Positions 9,420 to 19,564 of a stretch of DNA of 64,000 bases are shown piece after piece. How positions within the stretch are numbered: position 1 is the first letter of the stretch; each line of letters opens with the position of its first letter. Below the pieces are notes generated by a model that was given only the letters and a program-made list of their open reading frames with translations, was not told where the DNA came from and made no database searches. This DNA comes from Carpediemonas membranifera BICM. Lineage: Eukaryota > Protista > Fornicata. The stretch is from contig JAHDYR010000066.1 of the NCBI GenBank assembly GCA_019828565.1, positions 434,001 through 498,000 on the forward strand, in the 5' to 3' direction. Both the position numbers and the translations under genes were made by a program.

Positions 9420-9539
9420 CGTGCTTTAGTTTCCTGCTTTCTGAGAAATCTCGACTGCCAACCGACTGAATCCCCGGCCGACGGCTTATAAAGCCCCCAT
9501 AGACTACCATTTACAACCTATTCCACACCGTCACACCGC

Positions 9540-11831
9540 TCAGACGTGCATACCCTTGAACACGGCCCGCACAGCCTCGACGACACGCTCCTCCAAGGCA
9601 ACGAGATCCACAGCCTGCCGCTCGGCCAGCTCAGCCTCCAGCTCCCTGATACGCTTGTCCCTGGCGTCGATCTCCTCTCCCAGGGCGCCGAGCCAGTCTG
9701 CCTCGTTCTCCGGCTGGACGCTGGATTGAATGGTCCCGACGATGCGCTGGTACCCCTCCGACCAGGCCGTACTGATGGGCAGTGGTCGTGCCTGGTCCTC
9801 CTCCTCGTCCTCCTCGCGCCCCATGTGGCTGAGCGAGTAGGGCTTCGACTCGGCGGCACTCTCGGGCGTCGACTCGCTGATGGAGTCGGTCTCGGAGTCG
9901 ATAACGTCGCGGGGCAGGTCGTCATGCTGCTGGGCGACGACGGCGGACTGCTCCCGCTTGAAGTTTCCGAGGACGGTGAGCGTCAGGTCGCAGTCGCGTG
10001 GCTTGGCGAATGTCACGGTGACCGTGGCACCCCCATCTGACACGGTGACTGTCTGGTCGTCGACCCGGCCTACCTCCGAGTCCATGATGTCGCACTCAAA
10101 CACGGAACCGGCGCTCGAGGCCCGCACCACGAATGTCCCCAGGTCATTGCTGGTCAGCAGCTGGAGCAGCACTGGTTCTCCGGACGGACGGGATCCAGTG
10201 ACGGCCCACACGATATCACGGTCCATGGAGGCAGAGGAGAGCGTGCCGGCGCTGGTTGTTCCCGCCGTGGCGATGGTGGACTGTCTGCCCAGTACACGGG
10301 ACCCGGACTGGCGGCTGGCGCCGTCGTCATCGAGGGGCGACTCCGTTCTAGAGTCGGCTGGGGTGTACGGCTCGGGGGCGACAGGCCGCTGCCGGGACGT
10401 GGGCCGAGTGCGGGCGGACGCGTCGGACATGCGGGAGCGGGGCCGGACGACGTTGTTCAGGGGGGAGTCGAGGCTCTCCCAACCGGCGATGTCCGTCGAG
10501 CGGGGTACAGGCAGGTCTCGCACAGGCTCCTCAAAGGCCTCGCGGCGCCGGGGCTGACGTGCCGACTGCGTGCGAGGCGGGCGGTCCGGCAGCCGCTGGG
10601 ACCGTGCCGGCTGGGCAGTGTGTTGGACCCGGGCGGGCAGCTCGCGGGAGACGGGGATGGCGGCGGGCCGGGGCATCGGCTTGTCGACGGGCTCGGGCTG
10701 GGGCATGTTCTGGGGCTCGGCGTACGCAACGGCGGGGATGAGCTTCCGGATGCAGTGATTGCCGCTGTCGGCGATGTAGACGTCCTGGCCGTCGACAAGG
10801 ATGGCACGCGGGTAGTTGAACAGCGCTTCCGTCACGGCGCCGTCCGCATACCCCCACTGGCGGCGCCCGGCGATGGTGGTGACCACTCCCGCACGGAGGT
10901 CGAGGCGGCGGACGCAGTTGTTGTCGTACTCCGTGAAGAGCACCGTGCTGTCATCGAACACGGCGAGGCCATAGGGGGACGCCAACATGGCGTGGGTCAG
11001 TGGGCCGTCAGTGAACCCTGGGGATCCAGAGCCCACCACAGTCGATACCGCGAAGGAGTGCGGCTCGATGCGGCGGATGGCGTGGTTGTCTCTGTCGGAG
11101 ATGACGATGGTGCCGTCATTAAGTACACACAGGTCTGTGGGGGAGTTGAACTGCGCCTGTGTGGCCGTCTCGGAGTCCAGGAACCCCGCCGTGCTCCCGG
11201 CAATCGTCGTCACAGTGCCCGTGTCGGGGTGCACCGCCCGGATACGATGGTTTCCAGTGTCACACACGAGCACAGTGCCGTCGCCAGTGACGTATAGGCC
11301 AGTGGGGCTGTTGAACTGTGCCTGCAAGAGCGGGCCGTCGCGACGCCCCTTCCTGCCGCTCCCGGCAAACGTCGTCAGCTTGGACCCGTCAGCGGAGATG
11401 TGGCGGATACGGTTGTGGCCTTCATCTGCGACAAGCAGGCCGTCTCCGATGACGGCGATGCCTCTTGGGTTCAACAGGGAGCGGCCCCCATTCCAGCGGA
11501 CGGTAACCACGTCGTCACCGGTGGGGGACACAACACGGATCAGGCTATTGTCTGTGTCTGAAACTACAATTGATCCGTCTGCGAGCATGGCGAGACAGTT
11601 GGGGTGATTAAACTGTGCTCTGATGCGTGGCCCATCAACCATCCCACTACGGGGCGTCCCGACGAACGTATAAGCTTCATATGATTGGAAATGGTCGGAT
11701 AAGTAATCCCGCTTCTCTTCTGCCTTTCTGCGCATGAGAGAGCTTTGTTCACTCGTGAGAAATTTCTCCGACTCAAGCCCGCTCTCATTCTCATACGTCC
11801 TGCATAGCTTAGCAGTCCTAACTGTGCGCAC
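9540..11831 (-). CDS. NHL-repeat beta-propeller protein with disordered linker and C-terminal coiled coil
   Basis: Repeated AQFNxPxG...VxDxxNHxIR units. The start is uncertain: a possible 5' exon ATG lies near 11866, and the first in-frame ATG is about 11735. Confidence 0.85.
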   Translation of the reverse strand: MRTVRTAKLCRTYENESGLESEKFLTSEQSSLMRRKAEEKRDYLSDHFQSYEAYTFVGTPRSGMVDGPRIRAQFNHPNCLAMLADGSIVVSDTDNSLIRVVSPTGDDVVTVRWNGGRSLLNPRGIAVIGDGLLVADEGHNRIRHISADGSKLTTFAGSGRKGRRDGPLLQAQFNSPTGLYVTGDGTVLVCDTGNHRIRAVHPDTGTVTTIAGSTAGFLDSETATQAQFNSPTDLCVLNDGTIVISDRDNHAIRRIEPHSFAVSTVVGSGSPGFTDGPLTHAMLASPYGLAVFDDSTVLFTEYDNNCVRRLDLRAGVVTTIAGRRQWGYADGAVTEALFNYPRAILVDGQDVYIADSGNHCIRKLIPAVAYAEPQNMPQPEPVDKPMPRPAAIPVSRELPARVQHTAQPARSQRLPDRPPRTQSARQPRRREAFEEPVRDLPVPRSTDIAGWESLDSPLNNVVRPRSRMSDASARTRPTSRQRPVAPEPYTPADSRTESPLDDDGASRQSGSRVLGRQSTIATAGTTSAGTLSSASMDRDIVWAVTGSRPSGEPVLLQLLTSNDLGTFVVRASSAGSVFECDIMDSEVGRVDDQTVTVSDGGATVTVTFAKPRDCDLTLTVLGNFKREQSAVVAQQHDDLPRDVIDSETDSISESTPESAAESKPYSLSHMGREEDEEEDQARPLPISTAWSEGYQRIVGTIQSSVQPENEADWLGALGEEIDARDKRIRELEAELAERQAVDLVALEERVVEAVRAVFKGMHV

Positions 11832-11931
11832 TGGGATGGGGTGTCACGCATGTTACCGGGGCCCATCGCCAGGGTCGTGTCGAAAATAACAATTTAGCGC
11901 TAGAATACAACAGGTGTGCGGCGGCATTACG

Positions 11932-12690
11932 TCATGGGAGGTCGCCCCCACACTCAACCCGCAGCTTGGCCATCCCATTGGCCACGATGTCGATGTAGAC
12001 CCGGCTCTGTCGGTATACATCGGCCCGCACGCCATGGAGGACCTTGTGGCCGTCCTTCTTGGACAGCGCGACAAGCAGCTCGTGGCATACAGCCGCAACA
12101 TCAGCGCACAGCCCGGCAATGACCCCAACCGGGTCTGTAACGACCGTGTTCGCATGGGGGGAGGCCACCCACGACCCCCTCTGTCGGTGGGCCAGCAGGA
12201 CGCTCGCCGCGGAGTATGCACAGTCAGCAGACGCCCAGAAGAGATGCACGAGTGCTAGTGTGACACGTCCAAGGAGAATCCGCACCTGGTCCTCACGCCG
12301 GCTGAGGTGTCGCGGCAGCCGGACAGTGGCGACAGCCAGCCCGGCCCCCTGCAGCGGCTTGGAAGGGATGTGGATGTCGAGAGCCGTGCTTGCACGCAGA
12401 AGCTCATCGAGGATGGAGGTCAACGAGAGGTTGAAGGTGTTGCTCGCATCAATAAGCTCCCGATGCAACTCAACGAGCGTGGCGGGCTCCTGTGATGCAT
12501 ACCATTCCATATTGAATGACGGTGAGATGCGTTGGACAACCTGGCTTGAGGAGAGCAAGGAGGCCGTGTGCTCGACCAGACAATCTTTCGCCTGGCGCAT
12601 TATTGCCCCCGCGCCAATAAAGAGCATGTCTTCGAAGCTTTGGCTGTCTCTTAGCGTACTAATCAGGCACTGGAGCTTCAGCGGCTTCAT
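11932..12690 (-). CDS. Hypothetical protein
   Basis: 252-aa ORF filling the gap between same-strand neighbours. No recognised motif. Confidence 0.55.
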   Translation of the reverse strand: MKPLKLQCLISTLRDSQSFEDMLFIGAGAIMRQAKDCLVEHTASLLSSSQVVQRISPSFNMEWYASQEPATLVELHRELIDASNTFNLSLTSILDELLRASTALDIHIPSKPLQGAGLAVATVRLPRHLSRREDQVRILLGRVTLALVHLFWASADCAYSAASVLLAHRQRGSWVASPHANTVVTDPVGVIAGLCADVAAVCHELLVALSKKDGHKVLHGVRADVYRQSRVYIDIVANGMAKLRVECGGDLP

Positions 12691-12811
12691 TCTACACGCC
12701 GGTGCAGGACCCGCCGGAATAAGGTCATCACCACGACGGCCAGTGACGACAGCTGACCAGTGCTTGGCGCAGGCTCTTTATTGTATGATCACTATCTGTC
12801 CCTCGATGCCC

Positions 12812-14782
12812 TCAGCGGGAGCGGGAGACCTTCACCCCCAGCCAGCCCCATCCACACGTCACTCCGACGCACACGAGACACGAAAACACCACAGCCACCG
12901 AGGACAGGATGACTGCCGTCCACTGAAGCAGGACGGGGTCGTACGGCGCGGTGTACGGCGTCGTGGCGACGGTGGGCTCGGGCCAGGGCGTCGGCTTGTG
13001 ATGGAAGCCCGGGGCAATGTAGAGCGGCGGGCCGATCGAGTTGGGGTTGACCGAGACGTGCTCAGTGTCGAGGGCGAGGCCGTCCAGCACCAGCTTGTCG
13101 CACACGAAGAACATGCACTTCCCTTCGTCCAGCGCCGCGACGCTTCCCGTCACGCTGTCTGCGGAGAAGGTCACAGGCGCATCGGGGAAGTGCTTGGCTC
13201 TGAACTCCGAGCAGGACGTATTCTCGAAGTCACAGAAGGAGTACGCGGGGTCGTTGAGGGCCGTGTAGTTGCTGCCGGTCACGATGCCGGACCAGCTGCC
13301 GTTGTTGAACGATAGCCCCATCCTAGCTCCCATGTAGACGACACCAGGGCTGAGGGCGCCGGCCATGGGAGCGGTGAGCGTCTTCTGCGAGATGAAAACA
13401 TCCGCCTCGCCGTTGTCGATGAGGGCCACAGCGTCGCTGAACGACGATGCCTCGACCCACAGCGTGTCGGGGCGACGGCCCATCATATTGAACATATAAG
13501 TCCGGAAGTTGTTGACCATATCAACCTCGAAGCCGTAGTGCTCGGTCACACTGAGCCCGGCGTCCATCACGGTGCGGGTCATGGAGAAGCCCGGCACCTG
13601 GAAGCTCGGAATGTACGCGACCCGCAGCCGGCCGTCGACCAGCACCCGTCTGAGGACGCCGTCGACCTCGGCCTGCCGGGCATACGAAGCTAGTGTGGCG
13701 TCGTAGTTCACAGCGGCAGGCTGGGACCCGCTGAAGCCGCTGTACATGTTCACGGCCGCGGCATGGGACCAGTCGAACTGTAGATACCCGGCGTTCCAGA
13801 GCTGCTTCAGTGTGGCACTGTCCGCGTCCGTGTCGACGGGCTCGGGCGGGAAGATGTAGCTCATCCCGAACAGACGGCCCTCGAGCTCAGGACCGAGCTG
13901 CGCTGTCGTGGCGGCGCCGTAGTTGATCTCGTGGTCAACGAGGACGGATGCAAGGGCAACCACGTCGCACTCGGCCTCATACACCTCGGGGATCCTCCCC
14001 CGGTGGTACGTCTTCACCGTCGCCTGGCCCCAGAGCCCCAAGGCCCGGGCGGTGAGGTCAGGCGAGGTGCACACGGTCAGGCGACTGTCGTTGAGGTCGT
14101 CTATGGTCTGCCCCGCGGGGTAAGAGGCGACACCCATCGTAGTCAGGTAGCGGGGTGAGTACAGCGTCTTCAGCGTCAGATACAGCAGCGAGCAGCCGAA
14201 GTTGACCTTTGCTTGCAGGTCGTCGGTCTTAAGGATGACTCCGATGCCGACGTCGCCCTCCCCGCTGGCAATGAGATCCGCAAGCTCATCGTCGTTCGCT
14301 ACATTCACCCGCTCAATGTCGACAGTCACGTTACTGTGCTCGACGCGACCAGTAATCATCTCACCGATGAGCTTGATGAGGATGTACCCAAGGCCTGGTG
14401 CCACAGCGTTGTCGGGGTTGTATACCAGCTTATGCTCGTCGTAGGCCACCTTAACGCGAATGGTGCCGCGCTTGATGATCTTGTAGAGCAAGCTGTCGAT
14501 GCGCTCCTCGCCGACGGCGTTGATGTCGGGCCATTGCATGATGGCGAGGTTGCAGTCTGGCTCTGTGGTAGTGTTGAGGACAATCTCGGACTGGTTGAAG
14601 ACGTATGCGCTGATATAGTAGTCCAGCGTCTGTGTGGCGTTCATCCAACCGATCACACCGTTGAAGCAGGACGTAAGATCGCCAGCGCCCACAACACCGT
14701 CACTACTGGCCGTGCATGAGCTATATATGATGAATAGTGCTGCAATAAGCGGCAGAAGTGCGTGATTCGGCCGCTTGGTCAT
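12812..14782 (-). CDS. Type I membrane protein with two tandem periplasmic-binding-protein (SBP family 3-like) domains
   Basis: Signal peptide. Domain 1: KIIKRGTIRV...LIASGEGDVGIG..KT..LQAKVNF. Domain 2: LRRVLVDGRLRVA...ALIDNGEADVFISQKTLT. C-terminal TM helix followed by a short basic tail. Confidence 0.65.
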   Translation of the reverse strand: MTKRPNHALLPLIAALFIIYSSCTASSDGVVGAGDLTSCFNGVIGWMNATQTLDYYISAYVFNQSEIVLNTTTEPDCNLAIMQWPDINAVGEERIDSLLYKIIKRGTIRVKVAYDEHKLVYNPDNAVAPGLGYILIKLIGEMITGRVEHSNVTVDIERVNVANDDELADLIASGEGDVGIGVILKTDDLQAKVNFGCSLLYLTLKTLYSPRYLTTMGVASYPAGQTIDDLNDSRLTVCTSPDLTARALGLWGQATVKTYHRGRIPEVYEAECDVVALASVLVDHEINYGAATTAQLGPELEGRLFGMSYIFPPEPVDTDADSATLKQLWNAGYLQFDWSHAAAVNMYSGFSGSQPAAVNYDATLASYARQAEVDGVLRRVLVDGRLRVAYIPSFQVPGFSMTRTVMDAGLSVTEHYGFEVDMVNNFRTYMFNMMGRRPDTLWVEASSFSDAVALIDNGEADVFISQKTLTAPMAGALSPGVVYMGARMGLSFNNGSWSGIVTGSNYTALNDPAYSFCDFENTSCSEFRAKHFPDAPVTFSADSVTGSVAALDEGKCMFFVCDKLVLDGLALDTEHVSVNPNSIGPPLYIAPGFHHKPTPWPEPTVATTPYTAPYDPVLLQWTAVILSSVAVVFSCLVCVGVTCGWGWLGVKVSRSR

Positions 14783-14870
14783 TTCACCGATGGTCGACTG
14801 CTGACGCGCCAGTCAGCTTGCTTGAGGAGAGCATGCTAGTTTAATGCGTTCTAATACAGTCACACGCGTC

Positions 14871-15752
14871 TCAAACTGACGCTGACTGCGCCTTGATCAT
14901 CTGCACGACCGGGTCCACCGTGGTGATGAAGGTGTCGGCGAACCGCTTGACGAAGCCATGGTGGGACCAGGCGATGGCCCCCGTGGCACAGTTGACCAGA
15001 CCCAGTACGGGGTACTGGCACTCCTTGCCGAGCAGGTCGAGTTCAGGGTAGATCTCTGCGAATTGAGTGAGATTGAAGGTGTTGACCGTGAGATAAATGA
15101 ACACTGTGTTGGCCTGGACGTACTGATGGACGTCCTCCCGCTCCCACATGTGGTTTGCCATGAAACTCTGCTCGTTCTCCCCCACGACGCAAAAGAGCAC
15201 AGGGACCCCCCGTTCAAACGCTGAGTTGGATGCACAGCTGATGGACCCGGGGTAGATGAGGTCCAGTGGCCTAGACCCTGCCTTGCGGGGCACGTTCCTG
15301 TACATCCATTCGTGCGACTCGGATTCGGAGTCCGAGCCATGGAACATGTCGACGTCAGAGACCTCCTCCTGTGGCGCAGGAGGCTCGGGGAGCGGCTGGG
15401 TGACTCCGATGTCTGAGTCTGACTGCTCTGAGACGAACTCAGAAGTGTCGTCGGCTGAGGGCGACGGGGCGGCGCTCGACTCGGAGGCGGTGAACTCGGA
15501 CTCGCTCTCAACGACGACGGCGCGTCTCGGGGTACGGGTACTCCTCCGAGTACTTCTACGTGTGCTTACATGTGTCTCTTCAGGTGAATTGAGCAGTTCT
15601 GCCGTCACCGCAGAGACGATTTCATCCAAACCCTCAAACTCACGGCTAGCAGCCCGATATGCCCTACGGATAGCTGATTCAGATGCATTCGGCACCATCT
15701 CCTTGATCTGCTCCACCTTGGCGTCGATGTTCTCCTCATCGCTGCTGCTCAT
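14871..15752 (-). CDS. CUE/UBA-like plus UAS (thioredoxin-like) domain protein, UBXN7-like but without UBX
   Basis: KVEQIKEMVPNASESAIRRA (CUE-like), and PVLFCV...HMWEREDVHQYVQANTVF...YPVLGLVNCATG (UAS-like). Start MSSSDEEN. Confidence 0.6.
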   Translation of the reverse strand: MSSSDEENIDAKVEQIKEMVPNASESAIRRAYRAASREFEGLDEIVSAVTAELLNSPEETHVSTRRSTRRSTRTPRRAVVVESESEFTASESSAAPSPSADDTSEFVSEQSDSDIGVTQPLPEPPAPQEEVSDVDMFHGSDSESESHEWMYRNVPRKAGSRPLDLIYPGSISCASNSAFERGVPVLFCVVGENEQSFMANHMWEREDVHQYVQANTVFIYLTVNTFNLTQFAEIYPELDLLGKECQYPVLGLVNCATGAIAWSHHGFVKRFADTFITTVDPVVQMIKAQSASV

Positions 15753-16038
15753 CACTGGACATATCACTCGTGACTCCACTGCAAGTCGAGGTGGGAGAGG
15801 CAGCAGGCACCGTGATACGGTACCTGCCACAGCCCCGTGAGCAGTGGGCGGGAGTCCAGGGCCGTCCGCGTGGAGTCGACCCAGGGGGCTGACAGAGTTC
15901 CCTGGATGCCATGCAGGGCTTTGTGATGCCAAGTAGCCTGTCTTGACGGCCACATTGGACGTGTAAGGCGCGTTGATATGCGGACGATCGTTGAACTCGT
16001 CAGCGACAACCTCGACATCCATCCATCCGAGCCACGCA

Positions 16039-19000
16039 ATGAGCAGAGGGCTCCCAATTCGATCTTACCTGCTAGCAACACTGGATGGACAGCAAATTCA
16101 CGAGGCTGAGCGTCAGTTGGCCGGTATTGATAGCGCTCTTCTGATTCAAGCGCTTGTTGGGCTAGTTTCTGACCAGGAACCGCAAGTGCGCACTCTATCA
16201 TTGATTCATCTGCGTAGAATCCTTCGCACGATCATGCCTGATGATGCGGATGCCGCTACCCGCGGCAAGGTGGCCACCACCCTTCGCGACGTGCTCGACG
16301 CGCTCCTCACCTTTACCCGGAGCCCTCTGCTGGAGAAACCCCTCAGCAAGGCGACGTACGAGGTCCTTGTGAGCTGCATGCAGCTGTCTGTCCGATGCCA
16401 GGGGGCGAAGTCGCAGCTCATGCACTCCGTTGTGTCATTTGCCGCCGAGGTACTCTGGTCCGACCAAACGGCCGTGCCCCCGGCCGTCCTGATCGTGGCG
16501 CTGGGTGTGATGGCGAAGATGGCCTACTGGGTGCACCAGTCCATGGCCGCCCGGTCCCCCGACCACGACGGCGCCCTCGTAAGAGCGCTTCTGACCGCGT
16601 TCTCATGCCCCGACGTCGCGGTGGTCGTCGAGGCCAGCCATGCGAGCTACCGTCTCATCGAGTACGCCGAGGAGCCGGCACTTCACTACTACAACCAGCT
16701 GCTGCCCGCCATGACGGGTGCCCTCGGGGCAGCGCTCGGGGCCGGAGACGAGCACCACGCGGGCGACATCCTGGGCCACCTCATCGAGCTAGGGTCGACG
16801 CAGCCGCTCGTCTTCAGCCACATGGCGGCCGACGTCCTCACCATGATCCAGACCATCGTCACCGCAGACGCCGTGGGCCCCGAGGTCAAGGCCAGCACGG
16901 TCGAGCTCGCGGTGTCCATCTGCGAGAATGCCCCCAAGATGGTCCGGGGCGTTCCAGGCTTCCTTGACGCGTTCTTCCCCGTCCTGGTCGAGTTCATGGG
17001 CAACCTAGACGCTTCAGAGGCCGCCACGGAGGTATGGCTGCTGCAGGATTCCGGGCAGGGCGACGAGGACGGGGCCGACAGCACGCTGCAGATGGCCGAG
17101 ACGGCCGTGGACGACATCGCGCTGTCTGTCGGTGGGGCGGCGCTCCTGCCCATCGTCCTGAAGGTCGTGCCCGCATTCATCGCCAGACCGGAGTGGAACT
17201 ACCGGCATGCCGGAATCATGGCTATCGGGATAGCGGCGGAGGGTCTCGAGCCCGCTGTGACCGACACCGATGTCCGCACCCTCTTCACCATGGTCCAGCT
17301 GGCGACCAAGGACCCCCACCCCCGGGTCCGCTGGGCCTGCATGAACACCCTCGGCCACATGGCGTCGGACCTCGGGCCCCGCTTCCGGGAGGGGTGCATC
17401 GGCGATGTTATGGAGTGCTTCCTGGGCGTCCTGGCCGACACCGAGGAGCAGCCGCGGGTGCGGACACACGCAGCGGCTGCCATCAGCAACTTCTGCAGCG
17501 AGGTCGAGCCGCGGACGATGCAGCCGTACCTGGCGGGCATCCTCCATAACCTGGCCAACCTCATCGGTCATCCCCGCCGGATCTGCAGGCTCCAGGCCTT
17601 GACGACACTGGGCGACGCGGCGATCAGTTCAGAGCACGAGTTCGGGAAGTTCTACTCGGTGTTCATGCCCGGCCTGCTCGACATCGTCCGGACCTCAGTC
17701 GGGCCCGCGGACGGCCCCGTTCGTTCGAGGGCGGTGCAGACTATGACCTACATCGGGCTCTCGGTCGGGACAGAACGGTTCAGGGCCGACGCCGAGGCCC
17801 TCATAGCACTCCTGGTCGAGCAGCAGCAGACAGTCTCGGTGGCGACGGACGGGTCCGACGATAGCATGCTCCACTACCATAGCGCGTACAGCGGGTTGGC
17901 CAAGGTGCTGCGGGGCGCGTTTGCTCCATACGTCGACGGCATCATGCCCGGCCTGTTCGTCGTGGCGGAGCAGGATGCGTCCCTCAAGGAGCAGATGCCC
18001 GAGGGGGTCAGTCCGGACGACGTCGACGTCTGGGACGTCGGAGACGACCAGCAGCTGTACATACGGTCCGCAGTGTTTGACGAGATCAATTCGGCCATCT
18101 ACGCCATCGCGACCATATTCAGGCAGTGCCCGATGGCGTGCGGCCCCTGGGTCCAGCGGGCATTCGACGTGCTCCAGCGCGTGCTGCAGTACTATCACGC
18201 CGACACCACCCGCACCCACGCCAGCGGCCTGGCCTCCGCCATCGCCTTCGTCCTGACGGCGATGGTCCGTGAGCACGGTGCAGAGGCCGCGGGGACGGCC
18301 GTTGAGATGATACGCCGCATTGTGGACACCATCGAGGGCGCATACCGCGACGAGACGCAGACGGACGTCGTCCAGAGCCAGATCAGGGCGCTCGCCCGCA
18401 TTGTCGGCAATGGTGGGGACATCGCGCCGCTTGTAGATGACCTGGATCATCTCCTCGACATCGGGCAGGCGTGCGAGCTCTTTGTCGACATCATGCTGAG
18501 CGATGACCCCAAGGACGGCCATCTATTCGATGAGGAGGACGTCGAGGCCGCGGCGGAGCAGAACCGAGAGGCTGTCGAGAGCATCGTACTCGAGCTGGCA
18601 CAGTACTACCACGAGATCATCAAGGTCCACGGGGAGGCCGCGTTGTCGTCCCTGGTGGAGCTCGACGATGATCAGGAGCATTCCAACGTCGTCGCGAGAC
18701 CCTGGGGCGCTGTTCTCCTCGACATGGGGCAGCAGTGGATCCGCCAGCCCATGCCCGGGCTCAGGGCGGCGGCTATCGTCATCGCGGGGGCCGTGGTGCG
18801 CTATGCACCCGGATATGCGGCCGGGTTCGTCGGCCTGACGACGCCCGTGGCCCTCGACAGCGCATCCGACAGGACACTGCCCGCAAACCTGCGTCAGATC
18901 TCCTTCTGCATGCTCGCCCACTCGGTCCGTGTCTTCCCCGCCGAGCTGGCCAACCACGTGTCCCGTATGATCAGCGCGGCCTCCGAGCAGCTTGCCGCGG

Positions 19001-19434
19001 CCGGGTCTCGCGCCGGTACGGAGTCTATCGTGTCCGACAACGCGCTTTCACTCGCGCTAGCTGTCGCCGAGTGTGGTGCGACCGAGGGTGCTCTCAAGGA
19101 GGAGCTTCTCTCGTTCTGGGTGACCCACATGCCGCCACGGGTCGACGCCGACGAGATTAAGGTGAGCATGGCCGCGTTGGTACGGTTCCTCGAGTCGAAC
19201 AACCCCGTTGTCATCGGGTACGAGGGTCAGAATCTTCCCAAGATCTTCCTCACACTCGTACGAATGTATACTACCGACAACGCCACTCCCGCGGAGGCCG
19301 CCCTGTCCCAGCGCGTCAAGGGGCTGATCGTGGCCATCAACAGCACCGCGAGGGACGCGGTCACGGTGGCACTCACTACCATGGACGTCGACGGCATTTG
19401 GGGACGGAAAGCGGAGCGGATCTTGAGCGGGTAA
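16039..19434 (+). CDS. Importin-beta family karyopherin, importin-5/Kap121-like
   Basis: About 1130 aa of HEAT repeats. WNYRHAGIMAIGIAAEG, DPHPRVRWACMNTLGHMASD and PRVRTHAAAAISNF are typical of the IPO5/IPO4 group. Confidence 0.85.
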   Translation: MSRGLPIRSYLLATLDGQQIHEAERQLAGIDSALLIQALVGLVSDQEPQVRTLSLIHLRRILRTIMPDDADAATRGKVATTLRDVLDALLTFTRSPLLEKPLSKATYEVLVSCMQLSVRCQGAKSQLMHSVVSFAAEVLWSDQTAVPPAVLIVALGVMAKMAYWVHQSMAARSPDHDGALVRALLTAFSCPDVAVVVEASHASYRLIEYAEEPALHYYNQLLPAMTGALGAALGAGDEHHAGDILGHLIELGSTQPLVFSHMAADVLTMIQTIVTADAVGPEVKASTVELAVSICENAPKMVRGVPGFLDAFFPVLVEFMGNLDASEAATEVWLLQDSGQGDEDGADSTLQMAETAVDDIALSVGGAALLPIVLKVVPAFIARPEWNYRHAGIMAIGIAAEGLEPAVTDTDVRTLFTMVQLATKDPHPRVRWACMNTLGHMASDLGPRFREGCIGDVMECFLGVLADTEEQPRVRTHAAAAISNFCSEVEPRTMQPYLAGILHNLANLIGHPRRICRLQALTTLGDAAISSEHEFGKFYSVFMPGLLDIVRTSVGPADGPVRSRAVQTMTYIGLSVGTERFRADAEALIALLVEQQQTVSVATDGSDDSMLHYHSAYSGLAKVLRGAFAPYVDGIMPGLFVVAEQDASLKEQMPEGVSPDDVDVWDVGDDQQLYIRSAVFDEINSAIYAIATIFRQCPMACGPWVQRAFDVLQRVLQYYHADTTRTHASGLASAIAFVLTAMVREHGAEAAGTAVEMIRRIVDTIEGAYRDETQTDVVQSQIRALARIVGNGGDIAPLVDDLDHLLDIGQACELFVDIMLSDDPKDGHLFDEEDVEAAAEQNREAVESIVLELAQYYHEIIKVHGEAALSSLVELDDDQEHSNVVARPWGAVLLDMGQQWIRQPMPGLRAAAIVIAGAVVRYAPGYAAGFVGLTTPVALDSASDRTLPANLRQISFCMLAHSVRVFPAELANHVSRMISAASEQLAAAGSRAGTESIVSDNALSLALAVAECGATEGALKEELLSFWVTHMPPRVDADEIKVSMAALVRFLESNNPVVIGYEGQNLPKIFLTLVRMYTTDNATPAEAALSQRVKGLIVAINSTARDAVTVALTTMDVDGIWGRKAERILSG

Positions 19435-19564
19435 GCCCCGCGATCAATAAAAACCGGCATATCCGCGGCAGTAGTGTCTGGAATCGTCAATTGCAACAGG
19501 GAATGAATTTTCAAATGAGCTTTAAACAAGAAAAACACGGGGTGGTCATTAAAAAAATCCCTGT

